Source: Candidatus Bathyarchaeia archaeon (GTDB taxonomy: Archaea > Thermoproteota > Bathyarchaeia > Bathyarchaeales > Bathycorpusculaceae). Taken from it: a DNA stretch of 64,000 nucleotides. The position numbers and the translations under genes were made by a program. Below the pieces are notes generated by a model. It ran no database searches and was not told where the DNA came from. It saw nothing but the letters and a program-made list of their open reading frames with translations. Below, piece after piece: positions 59,844 through 64,000 of the stretch (its first letter is position 1; every line of letters starts with the position of its first letter). The stretch lies in NCBI GenBank assembly GCA_049516875.1, contig JBEKSS010000003.1:96001-160000 (forward strand). The letters are read 5' to 3'.

Positions 59844-60458
59844 ATGAAGGATATTGTGTTTGAAGTTGGAAGTGCGCTGTATGATTCTGGATGTTTGAAG
59901 TTTGGCAGTTTTCGCATTAAGTCCGGAGCCTCCAGTCCCTATTACATTGACCTCGCATGCCTGCTCTCCTCCCCCAAAGCCGTTTGCACGGTCGCCGACA
60001 TCGCTGCCGATGAAATCAAAGAGATTGCTGCTTCGGCAAGAGTAGACAAGCTGGCCTCGATCGAACTGAAAGGCGCCCTGCTGTTGGCAAATATCGGCTG
60101 CCGAACAGGTCTGCCGTGCACAGTTGTCAGGAAAGAAGAGAAGACATATGGTGCGACTGGAAGAATAGCTGGCGCAGACGTCGCAAGAGGCGAGCATATA
60201 CTGTTTTTTGACGATGTGGTCAGCGAGGGATTGTCCAAACTGGAGGGAATCAAGCCTCTCGAACAGTTGGGGGCCAGAGTCGAAAACATCATGGTCGTCG
60301 TCGACAGAGAACAAGGAGGCAGAGAAAACCTTGAGAACGCAGGCTACAAGGTTCATGCCCTCGCAAGAATATCTGAACTCGTCGATTTCCTCTTCTCCAA
60401 CAAGCACATTTCAAAGGAACAGGCAGACGCCGTCCTAAACTACATCAAAAGGCCGTGA
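59844..60458 (+). CDS. pyrE: Orotate phosphoribosyltransferase
   Basis: FGSF..KSG..SPYYID, RKEEK.YG, DDVVS.G and VDRE. Confidence 0.9.
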   Translation: MKDIVFEVGSALYDSGCLKFGSFRIKSGASSPYYIDLACLLSSPKAVCTVADIAADEIKEIAASARVDKLASIELKGALLLANIGCRTGLPCTVVRKEEKTYGATGRIAGADVARGEHILFFDDVVSEGLSKLEGIKPLEQLGARVENIMVVVDREQGGRENLENAGYKVHALARISELVDFLFSNKHISKEQADAVLNYIKRP

Positions 60459-60652
60459 TGAAATCCTGCTTTTCCCGCCAGCTTCAATACGCAATATCCT
60501 TTCGCGCTCTGGGAAATCACGCACACGCCCGATAGTGTGCGCCGCTTGATGCGCGTGCTGACTGGCTTCTTTTTATATCCCTATGTGGTTGATTCATATT
60601 CAATCAGTGACGTAAAGGTTGCTAAATGCTGTCAAGGAAGCGGATCCAGTGG

Positions 60653-61660
60653 ATGTCGGTTCAGAAGCAAGTTGTGGAAGCTCTCATGAGACCTGAGGCT
60701 TATGAAGAGCAACCGGGTAGGATTGAACTGACCCAGACCCACATATCCTTCGTCTTTCTAACCGAAAACTTTGTTTACAAGGTGAAGAAGGCTGTGGACC
60801 TCGGGTTTCTGGACTTCAAAACGCTTGAAAAGAGGCGGTTCTTCTGCGAAAAAGAGTTAGAGCTCAACAAACGACTGTGCAGAGGCATGTACCTTGAGGT
60901 TGTTCCCATCAACAGATCAAACGTGATCAAGATTAAGGGCGAAGGAGAAACTGTCGAATATGCTGTGAAGATGAAGAGAATGCCTCAGGAAAAGATGATG
61001 AGCAATCTCCTCGAAGAGAAAAAGGTGGATTGTAAGCTCATTGAGGAAATAGCGAAAATCATCGCGGAATTCCATTCAAAAGCGGAAACGAATACAAGGA
61101 TAAGCGAGTTCGGTTCCTTGGCGATAATAGAAACCAATTGGAAAGAAAATTTCGAGCAGACTCGGGAGTTTGTCGGCAAGACCATATCCATGGCGGATTT
61201 CGAATTAATCTCTGGGAGAATAGGCGATTTCATGAAGAGAAACGTGTCGTTTTTTAAGAAGAGGATAGAGGAGAGCCGAGTTAGGGACTGCCACGGAGAC
61301 ATTCATTCTGGTAACATCTTTGTTGCAGACCGAATCTACATTTTCGATGCGATAGAATTTAACGAAAGGTTTAGGTATTCTGATGTTGCCTCAGACATTG
61401 CTTTCTTGGCCATGGACTTAGACTTCAAAGACCGAGCCGATTTGTCTAGCTTCTTCGTCGAAAGATATGTCAAATATTCTGGAGACCAAGAGTTGACGAA
61501 GCTTCTTCCTTTCTATAAATGCTATCGGGCCTATGTGAGGGGGAAAGTCGTTAGTTTCAAACTTAAAGACCCCCGCTTGGGTAGTGAGGAAAAGAGGGCA
61601 GCGATGAAAGAAGCAAGAGCATACTTTAAACTGGCCTCCGCCTATGCGAAGACTTTTTGA
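60653..61660 (+). CDS. Kinase-like protein (COG2187, aminoglycoside phosphotransferase fold) without fused AAA domain
   Basis: THIS.VFL, YKVKK.V..GFLDF, CHGD.H..NI, DAIEFN and YRAYVRGKV. Confidence 0.88.
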   Translation: MSVQKQVVEALMRPEAYEEQPGRIELTQTHISFVFLTENFVYKVKKAVDLGFLDFKTLEKRRFFCEKELELNKRLCRGMYLEVVPINRSNVIKIKGEGETVEYAVKMKRMPQEKMMSNLLEEKKVDCKLIEEIAKIIAEFHSKAETNTRISEFGSLAIIETNWKENFEQTREFVGKTISMADFELISGRIGDFMKRNVSFFKKRIEESRVRDCHGDIHSGNIFVADRIYIFDAIEFNERFRYSDVASDIAFLAMDLDFKDRADLSSFFVERYVKYSGDQELTKLLPFYKCYRAYVRGKVVSFKLKDPRLGSEEKRAAMKEARAYFKLASAYAKTF

Positions 61661-61684
61661 TCAGTTCAAGAAATGCACGCGTGC

Positions 61685-62560
61685 TCACTTGAAGTTGATT
61701 TGTTCAGCTACATATTCGGGGATTTTCACTGTTCCCATGAGTATCGGCTTTTGATGGCAATCGCTTCCCCCAGTCATGATTAGCCCACGTTTTTTTGCAA
61801 ACTCCACATAATGATTCGTTGTTAGGGCGTCGTTTCTGGAGTGCCAACACTCTACGCCATTAATGTATCCTAAAAATGATTCTTCTATTATCTTTGTCTG
61901 TTCAGGCAGCGATTTAGTCAGCGTCACAAGTGAGGTTCCATGGGGATCGTTGGGGTGAGCTAACACTATTATTCCTCCAGCGTTTCTCACCAGTCTCGAA
62001 GCCTCGGTAATGTAAAGAGGATACTTGGGAACGTCGCATTTCACAAGATACTTGTCAAAAGCCTCTTGTTTGGTTCTGACAATCCCTTTCCGCACTAAAT
62101 AGTCCGCTATGTGAGGCCGTCCAACCACGCCGTCAACGGAACGCTGAATCTCCCTAAAATCCTTCTGCGTCAACTTTTCAATTCCCTCTTTTTCAAATTC
62201 CGCATTAACATTATCCAAGATTTTGGCAGCTCTTTCCTCTCGATATTCCGCGATTTCTTGAAGTTTGTCCTTTAACTCCTTATTTCTTACGTCAAATTGA
62301 TAACCCAACAAATCTAACGATATCGATTTACCCTCGTTGTATCTGGGATGCGAGAAGGTTACATTCAATTCAACCCCAGAAACATAACGTATTCCGTTTT
62401 TTCCCGCCAAAGCCATGGCTTTCTCTTGACAGCCGATCGAGTCGTGGTCTGTAATCGACATCAACCCGATATTTCTGATCTTGGCTTCCTTAACAATTTC
62501 CTCAACGGTCAAGTTTCCGTCTGAACAACTTTTTGAATGAATATGCAAATCTATTATCAT
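61685..62560 (-). CDS. PHP domain phosphoesterase (TrpH/YciV-like)
   Basis: DLHIHS..SDG, TDHD, GVE, GRPH, LAHP and GGSDCH. Confidence 0.92.
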   Translation of the reverse strand: MIIDLHIHSKSCSDGNLTVEEIVKEAKIRNIGLMSITDHDSIGCQEKAMALAGKNGIRYVSGVELNVTFSHPRYNEGKSISLDLLGYQFDVRNKELKDKLQEIAEYREERAAKILDNVNAEFEKEGIEKLTQKDFREIQRSVDGVVGRPHIADYLVRKGIVRTKQEAFDKYLVKCDVPKYPLYITEASRLVRNAGGIIVLAHPNDPHGTSLVTLTKSLPEQTKIIEESFLGYINGVECWHSRNDALTTNHYVEFAKKRGLIMTGGSDCHQKPILMGTVKIPEYVAEQINFK

Positions 62561-62577
62561 GATAAAACGAGGTCCAA

Positions 62578-63180
62578 TTACCTTTTTTCCATCCCGATAA
62601 TGTACCAATCCTCAGGAGGATCATGTTCAGTGTCGACAGTCAAGTGCAATATTTTGAGTTGCGGATATCTCTGTTTCAAATCGTTCAAGTCGACAGGTTC
62701 AAATTTCTTCTTGTTGTTAAGATAAGCTTCCCTAGTTAAGGCGTTTGACTCATAGTTCTCTTTGGTTCTTCTAAGAATCCTCGCAATTGACACTTCTTCA
62801 GAGCAGTGAGTCTGAAGTATGGCAAAAGTCATGTTGTACTTTGCAGCTATCGCGGCGGCACGTCTTCGCAATTCTTGGGTTACAAAAGTAGCATCTAATA
62901 TTACGCCTTTATCCTTCTTTGCAAGGTCTTCTGCTCGGCGAAACGTCTCATCATAGACAAGCTCTCGTTTGCTCATGTTTGACGCAACTTTTTCGTCAAA
63001 AATGTTCTCATTCTTGAGAACTTCGAGTCGGATCAAATCGGTTCGAAGAATGGGGTATCCCTTGATTTTTGAGACCTCCTCGGAGGTCTCTGTTTTCCAT
63101 GTTCCTGGAAGCCCGCATGTGATCAGCAGAGTTCTGGGCTCTAACTCGGCCTTGACAAACTCGGCAAAAGGTTCCCTCAA
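62578..63180 (-). CDS. AAA_33/COG0645-type P-loop kinase
   Basis: GLPGTWKT P-loop variant, D.IR and VILDATF. Confidence 0.85.
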   Translation of the reverse strand: MREPFAEFVKAELEPRTLLITCGLPGTWKTETSEEVSKIKGYPILRTDLIRLEVLKNENIFDEKVASNMSKRELVYDETFRRAEDLAKKDKGVILDATFVTQELRRRAAAIAAKYNMTFAILQTHCSEEVSIARILRRTKENYESNALTREAYLNNKKKFEPVDLNDLKQRYPQLKILHLTVDTEHDPPEDWYIIGMEKR

Positions 63181-63472
63181 CTGGACATACCCTTACATCA
63201 AGTTTAGACAAAGCAAAATTAAACCTTTGCGGCAAGAAACGGTTTGGACCTGTATGGAACTAGTAATAACACGTTTTGCAGACAGCAGATTCGCAGTGTC
63301 ATTTCTAATGTTTCATCAGTTTTTTCCGCGGCATCTAAGCCTGCGGTTTCCGCACTTCTCTTAGTGTTGATTGGAGAGGTTTTGAGCTTTGGTCCGCGCG
63401 CTGCAGGGATATCCGAACTCGTCGATTCTCTCTTCAAGGCAAGTACGTTTCAAAGGAACAGGGGGCGTGGTT

Positions 63473-64000
63473 CTAAACTACATCAAAAAAACTTGATTGG
63501 GTCCCGCTCTTCCTGCCGACCTCAGCTAGCATTATCTTTTCCAGCACTTTCTGAGCGCACGCCACAGGCGAACACTTCGTCGTGTCCAACGTTATTTCGG
63601 GATTAGATAGTGGTTCGTACGGTTGCCCCACTCCCGGAACTGTCGGCGCCTTGCCCTTCTTGGCCCGCTCGTAGATTGATTTCGGCGCATGATGGGTTCT
63701 TGCCCTTCTGCCTTCGCGCTGCACGCAGACCTTTAATGAGCATTCCAGATAGACTTCAATGAACACCGAGATTCTCTTTCTAGCGTTCTCGCGGTAACGC
63801 CTCAGGTTGCCAGTGGCGTCGATAACCACGTTCACGCCGTTCTGTGTCAAGAGCTCGGCAATATAGACGAGGGTTGCATAGACCGTGTCTCGTTCTTCGA
63901 GCGAATAGGACGGCTTGGGGGTTAGAAATCTGCGGAGAGCGTCTGAAGACAAGAGTTGAGCATGAACGCCTTCCTTCTTGAGGAGCTCAAGTATAGCTTC
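63473..64000 (-). CDS. Adenylyl-sulfate kinase-like P-loop kinase (5' end beyond the window)
   Basis: D.LR, FIEVYL.C, YE.A..G...PGV..PYE; frame is open to the window edge. Confidence 0.8.
   Translation of the reverse strand, partial: EAILELLKKEGVHAQLLSSDALRRFLTPKPSYSLEERDTVYATLVYIAELLTQNGVNVVIDATGNLRRYRENARKRISVFIEVYLECSLKVCVQREGRRARTHHAPKSIYERAKKGKAPTVPGVGQPYEPLSNPEITLDTTKCSPVACAQKVLEKIMLAEVGRKSGTQSSFFDVV

Overview
Archaeal chromosomal window, most likely Bathyarchaeia/TACK. This is inferred from gene content: PolD DP1, class I LysRS, Fae-Hps, AcnX-type mevalonate enzymes, a dockerin-bearing secreted protein and an intron-containing tRNA. The left end holds a probable replication origin with three ORB boxes, next to cdc6/orc1 and DP1. 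The origin also carries an unexplained array of TTCACA boxes beside a divergent wHTH gene. After tRNA-Ser(CGA) comes an accessory-looking stretch with pseudogenes, an asnC/asnA pair and a regulator paired with a secreted peptide. The middle contains housekeeping and metabolic genes: MgtE/TrkA-C, TldD/E, lysS, an SPFH/zinc-ribbon operon, ppa, tmk, an HD dNTPase, tRNA-Glu, an M32 peptidase and an HTH-fused Fae-Hps. The right part contains the rps6e-eIF2g-PIN-rpoE-rps24e-rps27ae cluster (interrupted by two spacers/insertions), the rpl3-rps19 block, pyrE and a split kinase/PHP cluster. No CRISPR array, rRNA, integrase or transposase was recognised. All family assignments come from motif recognition by eye, not from database searches.
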